Assembly (NCBI RefSeq): GCF_004010195.1
Contig: NC_057718.1
Coordinates: 22,730,303 to 22,794,302, forward strand
DNA length: 64,000 nt
Reading direction: 5' to 3'
Source: Chiloscyllium plagiosum
Taxonomy: Eukaryota
Below are positions 51,148 to 63,433 of the stretch, piece after piece. The translations under genes and the position numbers were made by a program. The notes beneath the pieces are model-generated. The model saw only the letters and a program-made list of their open reading frames with translations. It made no database searches and was not told where the DNA came from. Position 1 is the first letter of the stretch; every line of letters begins with the position of its first letter.

Positions 51148-53058
51148 CTAGTGGTATTATCACTGGATTATTAACCTAGAAACTTAGCCAATGTTTTGCA
51201 GACCCAGGTTCGAATCCCACCATGGCAGATGGTGGAATTTGAATTCAATGAAATAAATCTGGAATTAAGAATTTACTGATGACCATGACATCATTGTTGA
51301 TTGTCAGAAAAACCCATCTGGTCCCTGATACCCTTCAGGGAAGGAAATTTTCCACCCTTACCTGGTCTGTGACTCGAGACCCACAGCAATGTGGTTAACT
51401 CTCACTCGCCCTCTGAAATGGCCTAGCAGCCATTCAGATGTACCAATCGTGACAAAGTCTCAAAGAATTGAACTGGGCAGATCACCTGGCATTGAGCTAG
51501 ACTCCGGAAAAGACAATGGCCGAAACAGCCCTGTTAACCCTGCAAAGTCCTCCTCACTAACATCTGGGAGCTAGTGCCAAAATGGGGAGAGCTGTCTCTC
51601 AGACTAGTCATACTCACGGAATCATACCTCACAGAAACTGTCTGAGCCATCACCTTCACCATCCCGGATATGGACTGATCCAGCGGCAGGACAGACCTGG
51701 CAGAGGTGACGGCACAGTGGCTTACAGTTGGGGAGTTTCCCTGGGAGTCCTTTAATGACTCCAGATCCCATGAAGTATTGTGGCTTCAGGTTAAACATGG
51801 ACAAGGAAACCTCTTGCTGATGCCTGATAAAGAGCTAATGCCCAAAATGTTGATTCTCCTGCTTTTTGGATGCTCCCTAACCTGCTTTGCTTTTCCAGCA
51901 CCACTCTCTCGACTGCTCATTACCATGTCTTCCCTCAGTTTTTGGATCAGTACTCCACCACGTTGAACAAGCACTGAGGCTGGCAAGGGCGTAAAATGTA
52001 GTCCAGCTGGAGGATTTCCATGCCCACAATCAAGAGTAACTCAGCAGCAGGGCTCCTGATTGAGCTGGTCAGGTCCCAAAGGACATCGCTGCTAGACTGG
52101 CTACATAGCATAGAGTCATAGGGATGTACAGCATTGAAACAGACCTTTCGGTCCAACCCGTCCATGCCGACCATATATCCCAACCCAATCTAGTCCCACC
52201 TGCCAGCACCTGGTCCATATCCCCCCAACCGTTCCTATTCATATACCCATCCAAATGCCTCTTAAATGTTGCAATTGTACCAGCCTCCACCACTTCCTCT
52301 GGCAGCTCATTCCATACACGTAACACTCTCTGTGTGGCAGGTGGTGAGGCAACCAACAACAGGAAAAATATACTTAACCTCATCCTTACCAATCCCCCAG
52401 CTGCAGATGCATCAGTGCACGGCAGTATGTGTAAGGGTGACCACGGCACAGTCCTTGTGGAGACCAAGTCCCACATTCACATTGAGAATAATCTCCATTT
52501 TGTTGTGTGGCATTGTCATCATGCTTAAGGGACAGACTTCAAACAGATCTAGCAACTCAAGATTGGACACCCATGAGACACAATGGGCCATCAACAGCAA
52601 CAGAATTGTATTCCAGTACAATCTGACAATCTGTAACCTCATGGCCCAGCATATCCCCCACTCAACCATTACCATCAAGCCAGGGAATCAACCCTGGTTC
52701 AATGGAGAGTGCAGGAGGTCATGCCAGGAGCAGCATCAGGCATACCTGAAGATGACATATCAACCTGGTGAAGCCATTTTCCAGGACTACTTGCATGCCA
52801 AATGGCATAAACAACAAGTGACAGAGCTAAGCAATCTCACAACTGACGGATCAGATCTAAGCTCTGCAGTCCTGCCACATCCTGGGTCAAAATCCTGGCA
52901 TTCCTTTCCAAATGGCATTGTGGGTCAACCCACAGCAGGTGGACTGCAGCAGTTTAAGAGGGAAGCTCACCACCACTTTCTCAAAAGGCAACTTGGGACA
53001 GGCAATAAATGCTGGCCAGCCAGCGATGCCCACATCTCACAAATGAGTGGAAAAAAAA
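51148..53058 (+). mobile_element. tRNA-headed, internally deleted LINE (APE endonuclease remnant and LINE 3' tail) with nested Penelope-type (~51817-51913) and HER1 (~52105-52332) fragments
   Basis: B-box GGTTCGAATCC at 51207; EN motifs LTNIW..ELS, ILTESYL, DFH, LILTN, GDH; 3' tail shared with the LINE at 22485. Confidence 0.75.
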
Positions 53059-53940
53059 AGCTGGCTCTTCTGAATGGTGCTCAGAGCAAGCCTCTCCGCC
53101 TATCCAGCTGGCAAGTGAGAAAGGAGAATTTAAAAAAAGATTGTTTCTGGTTACAGAATTGCCTCCAGCGATTTCCAGTTTTCCGCTGGGTAAAAATGAC
53201 TCCTTTCCCAATAACTGTGTGTATTGGGGCCTTTATGTCCTCTCGTGGCTAGGTGTTGAATTTTGTTTGTTATCACATCTTTGAAATACCCTTGCTTTAC
53301 TAAGTTGACGGTGCTACATAAATGCAAGCAGTTGCTGTTATTGCACAGAATAGCCTTTTGGCCCATCAGATCTGTGTTGACCCATCCATGCTAATCCCAC
53401 TGCAATCACTAATCCCACTATCTGCATAAATCTGTGCCGTGATTCCCAATCCCATGTTCCTTTGTTCAGATGAATCCATGGGGTAGAATTTTATGGTCCC
53501 ATTTGTTAGCCACTCACAAAACACAGTGCCAGTTCACTGCCCAGCCACCTGCCCTTGACCAAGGTGACTGGTGGCTCACACGCCCTTGGACTTGACATGG
53601 CCATTATTTCTTGAGGACGTTAGGTGGCCCATAAATTGCCCCTAAGTCCTCATCCTGTCGCCTCTACTATTTGAGCCAAGACTGGATGATACCAATACAA
53701 AGCAGATAGCTGAATAGGCCAGCTCAAGCCCTCCCCACTTGAAGCTCATACTCCCTTTAATCCTATTCATCTTGGTCTGTCAAATTCCATCACTACCCCC
53801 AAACTGCTCCTGTGGCTGGGACCTGCCAGCCAGGCATGGCTGATACCCTAGACCTACCTTAGTTCACGCATCCATTAGCTCCTTTTCTCCAATCATTATC
53901 TATGATCCCAACAGAAGCCATTGCACAAACCTGCCACTGC

Positions 53941-55403
53941 TGGGACTGCAGAGCTGCAATCTATCTAATTACCCAGCACCTCTGTAAGAAGGAGCATCCT
54001 CCCAGCAGGGGGCGCACATATTACCCTCAGCCAACACATACCCTACTAAATGTAAGCTGTCTGCGGAGCAGCTAGCATTGGCAGGTTTGTACTCCCCAAT
54101 AACTCTCTGGGTGATGGGCTGAGGAAACTCATTGTCTGAAAATGCTACCAGTAGGGTCAATTTTGGGAGGAACATTTTAACAGGCAGCAACTCAGCAATG
54201 ATTTAATCAACAGTGCATTTTGAAATCTGGAGGTATCAAAGGTACCTCAGTTTAATCAGCCTCTTGTCAGATTTGAGCAATATGTTGGCTGTATAAATCA
54301 AGGTCCCTTCCTCAATAGTGAGCTTCGAGTGGTCCCGCCATCATCTCATTTCTGACAAGACACAGGGTACAGGCCTTGATGTTTTTCTAATAAAGTTTTA
54401 GATATCTGTGTCATGCAAATTATACCATTGGAAAATCCACCAATAATAGAGTTGATATTCCAACTTCCTTATTCAACCTCATGAAATGAAAGAATGCGTG
54501 GGGTTTTTGAGTTACAATTTCCATTAAATTAAGCATCTAGGCCTTTTCCAGTAATGATGAGGAGATTGCTTCATTCCTGTGAGTGACACCATTCAGATGC
54601 AACAAAAACAAACCTAACAAAGTAGCTGCTAGTCAGATTTAATATAAGGTATTTGGAAAATTGATTCATTTCGCTCAATAAATTGTTGGAAATCATGCAG
54701 ATATCATTGGAACCAAATTGTAAAAGATCATTGCAAGGATTTCCTTTCAAAACAAAACAATTAAAAACATTGTTGCTTAATGATCCTTAAAATTAATTCC
54801 AATATGTGTAGATGTGCTAATAAACAAATCATCAGGCGTTTTGTCTTTGAGGAATACTTGGCTAAGTTTTGCTGTAAGTTGTGATTTTCTTTTTGATATT
54901 TTGCAAATATTGTCAGAGCTAGCATCTCTTGGCTCTTTTTTTCCCCCCACAATTTGGGCTCAGGTTGTGGGCAGTGCCAACTATGCCTAAGTTAAATACT
55001 CTAAAGATTCTTGTCCTAAAAAGGTGGTGGTGGGTCTTCTTTTGTAATTATTGTTTGATAACTGAATGGCCATCCTAAATCACCTCAAATGTCATTTACT
55101 TTCTCTTAATTCCATAGATGAATACAAGTTCTATTCTTCCTTACTCTTTATTCCTAGCAGAAGACTTCCTATGAAGTGTTTGTTATCAACATCCTTTATC
55201 AGGGACTATCAGTGCTTGGGACTGCAGAGCTGCAATCTGTCTAATTGCCCAGCACCTCTGTAAGGAGAAGCGTCCTCCCAGCAGGGAACGCACATATTGC
55301 CCTCAGACAACACATATTCTACTGAATGTAAGCTGTCTGCAGAACAGCTAACATTGGCAGGGTTGTGTTGTCCAATAACTCTTCAGGTGATGGGCTGAGA
55401 AAC
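53941..55403 (+). repeat. Dispersed direct duplication of ~185 bp (53941-54127 and 55217-55403)
   Basis: TGGGACTGCAGAGCTGCAATCT...GGTGATGGGCTGAG occurs twice with scattered substitutions. Confidence 0.92.
54000..54017 (+). promoter_or_regulatory. Candidate CTCF site
   Basis: CCAGCAGGGGGCGC fits the CTCF core consensus; motif evidence only. Confidence 0.5.
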
Positions 55404-55441
55404 AAATGTACAAATTAACTTATTTGTTTTGTTTCACACAG

Positions 55442-55502
55442 GCTGAACTCCATCGACGTCAAGTACCAGATCTGGAAGTTGGGAGTAGTATTCACAGATA
55501 AT
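55442..55502 (+). CDS. RYR2: RYR2 exon (~98), LNSIDVKYQIWKLGVVFTDN
   Basis: CAG|GCTGAAC...GATAAT|GTAGGT, 61 nt. Confidence 0.97.
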
Positions 55503-55562
55503 GTAGGTATCAAGTAGGGGACGGAAGCTAATTCAATTTTCAATGAAACACTTTTATAAATG

Positions 55563-55890
55563 TGGATGACTCAATAGTTAGCACTGCTGCCTCACAGCAC
55601 CAGGGGTCTGGGTTCGATTCCAGCCTTGTTTGACTGTCTGTGTGGAGTTTGCACGTTTTCCCAGTGTCTGCATGGGTTTCCTCCAGATGTTCTGGTTTCC
55701 TCCCACTGTCTAAAGATGTGCAGCTTAGGTGGATTGGCCATGCTAAATTGTCCTATAGTATGCAGGTGAGCAGGAGCCATGGTAAATGTGAGATTATGAT
55801 GCTATGATGGGGGTTGGATTTGGATGGGATGTACTTCAGGGGGTCGGTGCAGACTTGATGGGTGTCTTTCTGCTCTGTACAGATTCTTTG
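55563..55890 (+). mobile_element. HE1-type V-SINE
   Basis: GTTAGCACTGCTGCCTCACAGCACCAGG head, V-domain. Confidence 0.88.
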
Positions 55891-56157
55891 AAATATAAGA
55901 ATGGTGTAAATGTATTCATCTTACAGCTCTGATAAAACTACTCGAGGAAGGAAGGCTGTTTTTATCATTCATTATAATTATTTCCATTTGTATGCGTGTC
56001 TGCACCTGCACAAGTTTTTCACACTTTTTTTTTCCTTACCACATTGTCTGCTTTTACAAAATCCTCTCAGAAAGGTGGCATGACCCATGATTCTATATGG
56101 CAATTGCACTCTATAGTTTACTCTCCAGGAGCTACCTAATGCCATCTTAAAGAACAT

Positions 56158-56361
56158 GATGCGGAGGAATCGGTGTTGGACTAGGGCGGACAAAGTAGAA
56201 TATCACACAACACCAGGTTATACTCCAATAGGTTTGTTTGGAAGTACTAGCTTTCGAAGTGGTGCTCCTGCATCAGGTAGTTAGTCACCTGACCAAGGAG
56301 CAGCGCTCCGAAAGCTAGTACTTCCAAATAAACCTTTTGGACTATAACCTGGTGTAGTGTA
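56158..56361. mobile_element. Penelope-derived family C palindromic element
   Basis: 14-bp TSD ATCTTAAAGAACAT at 56144 and 56362; two divergent hammerhead motifs with core mutations. Confidence 0.85.
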
Positions 56362-57014
56362 ATCTTAAAGAACATTACTGAACCACTAGATTTTTAAGAC
56401 AACCCATAGTCACTTTACTGGTGACTGCTTTCCCATTCCATATTTTTATTTTTCATTGAAAGCAAGTTCTTAAACCTCCATGGTAGTATTCAACCTCATA
56501 TTTCCTAAACTACTTAGTGTAATAATCCACTAACCTAGCCAACACACAAATTGACATTGCCATAATCAGAGCCTAAAAACTGTCTTAAAATTATTTTTCC
56601 TGTGCTTTTTTCTTGGATTTCACTCCCCAGTCCCTCAATTTAATTGCTTTGGAACCAATGTTTGTTGTTCCAGAATGGAGTTATCAGATAGCAATTTCCT
56701 TCTTGTGGAATTCTGTAATTGCCATGTTTTTTACATCATGCATAATTAATGGCTTAGTGAATTTACCAAAGCCAATTGGTTCAGTTTAATGTGTAAAATA
56801 TATTGGGGTTACCAAGCAGTTTATCAGTGGCCATTTGTACTCAAAACATCAAAGGTTGGAAAATCCAGGTCATAAATCTCATCTGAATAATTTGATACAT
56901 TTTTGAAACAAAACTCACTACTTTTACTCATGTAGTACTGTTTTTAAAAATTCCACTGACATAAATCCATCATGTAGCGAACTTTCTCAGTGGCAATAAA
57001 GGCAGTAACTAAAG

Positions 57015-57535
57015 GGGCCTAGTGCTATTATCACTAGACTATTAAACCAGAGACCCAGGTAATGTTCTGGGTTAACAAAAACAGCAGATGCTGGAAAAGC
57101 TGAGCAGATCTGAGGAAGGGCCACCAGACCCAAAACGTTAACTCTGATTTCTCTTCACAGATGCTGCCAGAACTGCTGAGCTTTTCCAGCAACTTCTGTT
57201 TTTCTTTCTGATTTACAGCACCCTCAGCTCTTTAGGTTTTTAATGTAATGAGGTCTCAGGCATGGCAGGTGGTGGAATTTGAATTCAATTTTAAAGAAAA
57301 CTGGGATTAAGAGTCTAATGGTAACCACAAAACCATTGCTGATTATCAGAGAAAAACCGCCCGGTTCACCCATGTCCTTTAAGGAAGGAAATCTGCCATC
57401 TTTTGTTGGTCTGGCCTACATGTAACCCCAGACCCAGAGCAATGTGTTTAACTCTAACTTACCTCTGAGCAATTAGGTGTGGGTAATAAATGCTGACCTG
57501 GTCACTGGCGTACACATCCTGTGAATGAAGTTTTT
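57015..57535 (+). mobile_element. tRNA-headed SINE with nested family B Penelope-type element (~57075-57240)
   Basis: SINE body resumes after an insert containing CTGAGGAAGGGCCACCAGACCCAAAACGTTAAC. Confidence 0.75.
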
Positions 57536-57763
57536 AAAAAAGGTTTTGAAGAAAGCTTCCCTTCATTTTTCCTCATTTACAAATCTCTGATTGAACCTAT
57601 TTCAGGACTTGACTAATAAACCGTATTATTTATCTTCACTAAGTATTGCAACTGAAACTTTTTGATTTTGCAAAGATTGCCTACAGTTAAAAATTATCCA
57701 TTGCATTAATTGATGTATGGTGAGAATTCCGCTACAGAAACACCACAGCCATGAATCTCCATG

Positions 57764-57919
57764 ATTTGGAGATGCCGGTATTGGACTGGGTGTACAAAGT
57801 TAAAAATCACACAACACCATCAGGTGGTTGTGGATGTGATGAAGAAGCAGCTCTCCGAAAGCTAGTGCTTCCAATTAAACCTGTTGGACTATAACCTGGT
57901 GTTGTGTGATTTTTAACAG
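57764..57919. mobile_element. Penelope-derived family C element
   Basis: 12-bp TSD TGAATCTCCATG at 57752 and 57920; GTGATGA..CCGAAAGCTAGTG. Confidence 0.82.
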
Positions 57920-58493
57920 TGAATCTCCATGGTTGGTTTACTGTCTCTCCATTCCAAAAGGAGTCAAGCAGAACCCTTAGGGAAGCTGACAATCCTTTGG
58001 GGAATTTTGGGAATCAAATCTATTTCATAGTTCTATAGAGAAATACTACAGACTTGAAGTGGAGCTTGGGTTGAAAGGTGGTCTCTGTGGTGAATTAATG
58101 ATCTTATTTGCACATCAAGTGCCCCCTGTTTGTGCTTTAAATTGATTGCACTAGAGGGAAATTACCCTAGCAAACTGACATGTAAAATCTTGCAAGATGC
58201 GCAAGCAAAATATTACTTCAGACAGAAATGAAAGGAAAGTATTGCAAATTTGAAATAAGATTTGAACAGAATAGCAAGTCATTCAGCTTTAAAGAGAAAG
58301 GAGTGGTTTCTGATGAATGGTCTCTAGGTGAAGCGTTAGTATTTATTCTGTTCACAGCTATTTAATAGACCATTTTCTGTTTTCAATTTCGAACTCAATG
58401 CAATGTGTGTGCACTCAATAAAATTCTTCCTCTTCTAGAAAATGTACTTCTGTGTGCTGTCTGCAAGTAATGCTTGTTTCTGTTTGCTTGCAG

Positions 58494-58640
58494 TCCTTCT
58501 TGTACCTTGCCTGGTACATGACGATGTCAGTTCTGGGACATTATAACAACTTTTTCTTTGCTGCCCATTTGCTGGATATTGCAATGGGATTTAAAACATT
58601 ACGGACCATCCTGTCATCTGTGACACACAACGGCAAACAG
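58494..58640 (+). CDS. RYR2: RYR2 exon (~99), S3/S4 [49 protein letters not shown]
   Basis: CAG|TCCTTC...AAACAG|GTACTT, 147 nt. Confidence 0.97.
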
Positions 58641-59016
58641 GTACTTGGATGCAAGCTTTTTAAGTATAAAGTTGGATCCACAAATGAATAGCAGGTACAT
58701 AGTCCCTGCATAACATGTTTATGAGGATTTTTGAATGTGTTTTCTAACAACTTGCCTGTAGCAATACTTTGAAACTTAAAATGCAAAGGGAAGAGATTTA
58801 TTTGTTCTCATTTAAGCATACGCTTAAGATGCAGCCGATTAAGAGATGCAACTTAATACAGCCAGAGGAAATGGGAAAACCAAATATTGTATGAATTGGT
58901 CAATCATTGTATGATTGAAAGACTTTGGGAAGTTATTCCTCAAGTTGTTCTGATAAAACAATTGAGTAATCATCCAGTAGAATCTACAGTTTTATTAAAT
59001 AGATGGCTATTAATGA

Positions 59017-59373
<357 letters not shown>

Positions 59374-60198
59374 TAAGGTAGCATTCTTATGATTTCCTGG
59401 CATGCACTCGCAATGGAGAAGCCTTTAAGCCATAAGTTGACCTTAATATTTTTGTTTAAATGGGCTTATAAGCTGTCTCACACATTTTAACCATCACTGT
59501 TGATCATAATGTTTACCTTGTTATGCTAAATTATATTTTAAGGATGAAAGATGAATGCTAATACAACTGTTCCACTAACAGTGTAGCTTTTATAAAGGAG
59601 CTTTGTGTTAGTAAATGTATTCCTATTTATTTTTAAGGTTCCTTCTCCTTTATGAAATGCTGCTTCTAATTGTCTTTTAATTTTTGATTTATTTCTGTGA
59701 ACAGTTACTGGATTTTCTCTTGCATTTTCCCAGCATATCCTGTACTCTAACAATGTTTACACAGTGAATATAATACGTGGGCTGTTTTGATTTAAGCTGC
59801 TTCTTTGGGCTTTGCAAAGTTCTTTTACTGAAGCTGCAGTGAGACAATGTACCAAGCCCTGTGGAGATTCACCTTCAGAGTTACACTCGATGGTTTATCT
59901 AAACCACAGGAACATTTCAGGGTCCATCAATGAGCAATGATGAATTGACATCAGGGTTTTCTGCTAAGGCAGCAGATCACAATTCAATTATATGAACATA
60001 AGATGCTTGCAATATTTTGAAAATGGACATGGGAGTATTGATTCTTGGATTAGGTGAATTTTTTGTCAGGTTTTCAATTACAATGATTTGTTGATTTGGT
60101 GGTTTGAAGTATAAACAAAGGACAAAGTATTTAGAGAGCTCAATCTGAAGGTGAGATGCATGCTCATCTGAAGTTGTCACTTATTCTTTTGTTTACAG

Positions 60199-60355
60199 TG
60201 TTACATGTTTCACATGTACGTGGGTGTTCGTGCTGGTGGAGGTATTGGTGATGAGATTGAAGATCCAGCTGGAGATGAATACGAAATCTATCGAATTATC
60301 TTTGATATCACCTTCTTCTTTTTTGTAATCGTCATCCTGTTGGCCATCATTCAAG
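60199..60355 (+). CDS. RYR2: RYR2 exon (~101), pore helix, GGGIGDE selectivity filter and S6 (LLAIIQG)
   Basis: CAG|TGTTAC...TCAAG|GTGCGG, 157 nt; the last exons lie beyond the window. Confidence 0.98.
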
Positions 60356-60437
60356 GTGCGGAGATATTTTGCAAGCGCATTTTGCAGCTGCTCGGGGAGA
60401 TTGTATTATTGTGACTATGTTTCACCATAGTCTTCAT

Positions 60438-60762
60438 CAAGGATGGGGAACCTGCGGCCTTAAGGCTGCATGCGGCTTTCCAGGCCATTGTGTGTGGCCT
60501 TTTGAATGAATCCAAATTTTGCAGAACGAATCTTTTATCTTTTATTAATATGTCTTTTTTTGTCCCACAAAGTAATTAAAAGGTTAGTTAACTTTAGAAT
60601 TAACATTTTTTTTTCATTTTTTTAGTTAGTACATGGTAGTGAGATTTTTATAAAATAATGTGAATTTTGAAGAATATATAATTGAAGTTTCTAGGATGCG
60701 GCCTTATTAGATTACAACTAACATAATGTGGCCTTCCAACATGAAAAGGATCCCCACCTCTG
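60438..60762. mobile_element. Non-autonomous hAT (Charlie-type) DNA transposon / MITE
   Basis: TIRs CAAGGATGGGGAACCT / AGGATCCCCACCTCTG; 8-bp TSD GTCTTCAT / GTCTCCAT; repeated GCGGCC subterminal motifs. Confidence 0.8.
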
Positions 60763-61140
60763 GTCTCCATTAATAGTTTTGAGAGGGCAGATGGATTTAT
60801 ATAAGCAATACACTGATAGAATATCCATCAGGTGGTGATTTTTAAAACTGCGCTGGAGGAAACCTAAGTGACACAAGTGGAATGCTTCTTCAGACCTTAA
60901 CCAATAAATATCCTGACTACATAATGCATGAGCAGTGAAACAGGAAAGTAGTGGCTAGTCAATAGCTAAAGCTGATAACTATGCTTTTTGTGCACTAAAT
61001 AATGTTAGAACTAGTGATTTTAACATTTTAAATTTGACAGAGTTATGAATATGTGGCATATCTCATTTCATCTGTACTTCCAAGTTTACAGGCACAATGG
61101 TGTAAAATTAATTATATACTATGAAAGATTGTGAGGAATC

Positions 61141-61343
61141 TTAGAGAAACTCAGCAGGTCTGGCAGCATCTATGGAGAGAGAAACAGAGTTAATGTTTGA
61201 GTCTGGTATGACTCTTCTTGAGTTCTGACTTGAAATGTTAACTCTGTTTCTCTCTCCTTTGATGACGCCAGACCCGCTGAGTGTCTCCATCAATTTCAGT
61301 GTTTGTTTCAGATTCCGAGCATCAGTAGTACTTTGTTTTTACT
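61141..61343. mobile_element. Penelope-derived family B-like palindromic element
   Basis: 13-bp TSD ATTGTGAGGAATC at 61128 and 61344; inverted GAGAGAAACAGAGTTAA arms. Confidence 0.8.
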
Positions 61344-61861
61344 ATTGTGAGGAATCAAGGAGTAAAAGCACTTTTTTAGTAACACGTTGGACAACAGACA
61401 ACAGAAGGACTCAGGTCTAATCTGTGGTTTATGCATGTTGGCTAACTTTAGCTGGCATGGAAATTAAAGCATTTCAAGTGCCTTTGGGCAAAGGGGAAGG
61501 CAAAAACAAAACAGCCAGAAGTGTTGTTACTGAATTCCAGCTTCCTGTTTACACTGGGGAACAAGTTAGTACACAGTGGATGACAATGAAATTGAGCTTG
61601 GTCTTAATGGCACGTTGCCCAGTCACCAATGTCCATCATCATCACCATAATGTTTAATGTCATTGAAATACCCACCACAAAATATTGTTTAACATTATCT
61701 TGGAAATTGTTGCAGATATCGGGCAGTTGCTTCTGGTGGTACAGTGGGTTTCCTGCTTCAGCACATGTTCCTCATGAACTGTAGCCAGTACACTCCTGGG
61801 TAAAAGGGGGCCAAAGATCCTATGAATTGGTGTCCCAGCTGGGAACTGCCACCCTGATCAT

Positions 61862-62218
61862 TGAGTCATAGAGTCATAGAGATGTACAGCACGGAAACAG
61901 ACCCTTAGGTCCAATACGTCCATGCCGACCAGATATCCCAACCTAATCTAGTCCCATTTGCCAGCACCCGACTCATATCCCTCTAAACCTCTCCTATTCA
62001 TATACCCATCCAAATCCCTTTTAAATAATGCAATTGTACCAGCCTCCACCACTTCCTCTGGCAGCTCAGTCCATATACACACTACCCTCTGCGTGAAGAA
62101 GTTGCCCCTTAGGCCCCTTTTATGTCTTTCCCTTCTCACCCTAAACCTATGCCCTCTAGTTCTGGACTCTCCCACTTCAGGGAAGAGACTTTGTCTATTT
62201 ATCTTATCTATGCCCCTC
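61862..62218 (-). mobile_element. HER1/CR1 LINE 3' fragment
   Basis: ORF 61948-62175; (CATAGAGT)n tail. Confidence 0.92.
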
Positions 62219-62267
62219 CATCTTGGAATAGATTCAGGGAAATATACCCCAAAATCCTTTGCACTAT

Positions 62268-62964
62268 TGTTATGACATGGGGTAAACCTTCCTGCTTAAA
62301 CCAGCAACACAGAAAAGATTTATCCTGTGCAGTAACCTGTGAAAATTCGAGAGGCCAAGAACCATTTAAAGTGAAAATTAACAACTCTATTCCTTAATGT
62401 ATAACACAGAATAATTAATTAACAAGTATTTACAACCTCTAACCTATCTTCTACCTTCCCTTCTATAATATCAGTCCAATAAAATCCCCGATTAAGATCT
62501 ACAAAACAAAACTCCTTATCTCAAAACCAGGCAGTTTTTGATTCTTCTTTGTATTCCTGTCTTCTTTTTTTCTTGGGGATTCTGCTTCACTGGTTACTGA
62601 TTGATAAAGTTACATTTAAGAGAGCTATTTTTGGGCAGTCTCTACATGCTAGTAGTTTGGCAGTTCTCCTCCCAACTGTTCAATTCTCCCTGGTCTTATA
62701 CCCCCAAAAGCATCAAATCGTGTCATTGGCTTTTAAGATTGTCAATATACTAAATTAAAACTGATTGGAATTTGGTTTTTATTTTGGGATATAATTTAAA
62801 CTGATTTGTCTAATTCGAATCTGTTTTTGTCTCCAGGCAACCAGCTACCCTAACTGCTGGACCAAAAAGTTACATTATATCTTTTTCAGAACACTTGGTG
62901 CTGTCAGGTAGTTCTCTTGCTTTTAACTCTCTTAAAGGTACAGTACACTCACACCTTCATAACA
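62268..62964 (-). mobile_element. 3' LTR (697 bp) of a Gypsy-group retrotransposon
   Basis: TGTTATGA...TCATAACA termini; polypurine tract (- strand TTAAGGGGGGAGG) directly adjacent at 62965. Confidence 0.88.
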
Positions 62965-63433
62965 CCTCCCCCCTTAAGAAAAAATGAACCATCATAATGA
63001 AAAGATGGCTTCATTTTTTTTCTATTTTTTAAACACATTGCCCTAACATACCGATAACCTTAACATAAGTTCACCTTAAACATCTTCCCATTTACCTGTT
63101 GTTTTAAAAAATTCTCAAGGTCAGGTTCGTAGGAGAGTAGTCTGACACAGAACAAACTGTTTTTGTCTCCAGGCAACCAGCTACCCTAACTGCTGGACCA
63201 AAAGGTTACATTATATCTTTTTCAGAACACTTGGTGCTGTCAGGTAGTTCTCTTGCTTTTAACTCTCTTAAAGGTACAGTACACTCACACCTTCATAACA
63301 CCTCCCCCTTAAGAAAAAATGAACCATCATAATGAAAAGATGGCTTCATTTTTTTTCTATTTTTTAAACACATTGCCCTAACATACCGATAACCTTAACA
63401 TAAGTTCACCTTAACATCTTCCCATTTACCTGT
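62821..63433 (+). repeat. Near-identical ~278-bp direct duplication (62821-63099 and 63157-63433)
   Basis: Direct comparison shows only a few differences; 57-bp spacer. Confidence 0.95.

Noticed and set aside
52266..53252. 328-aa ORF as a novel protein
   Set aside because: Chance read-through across an antisense HER1 piece, LINE remnants and flank.
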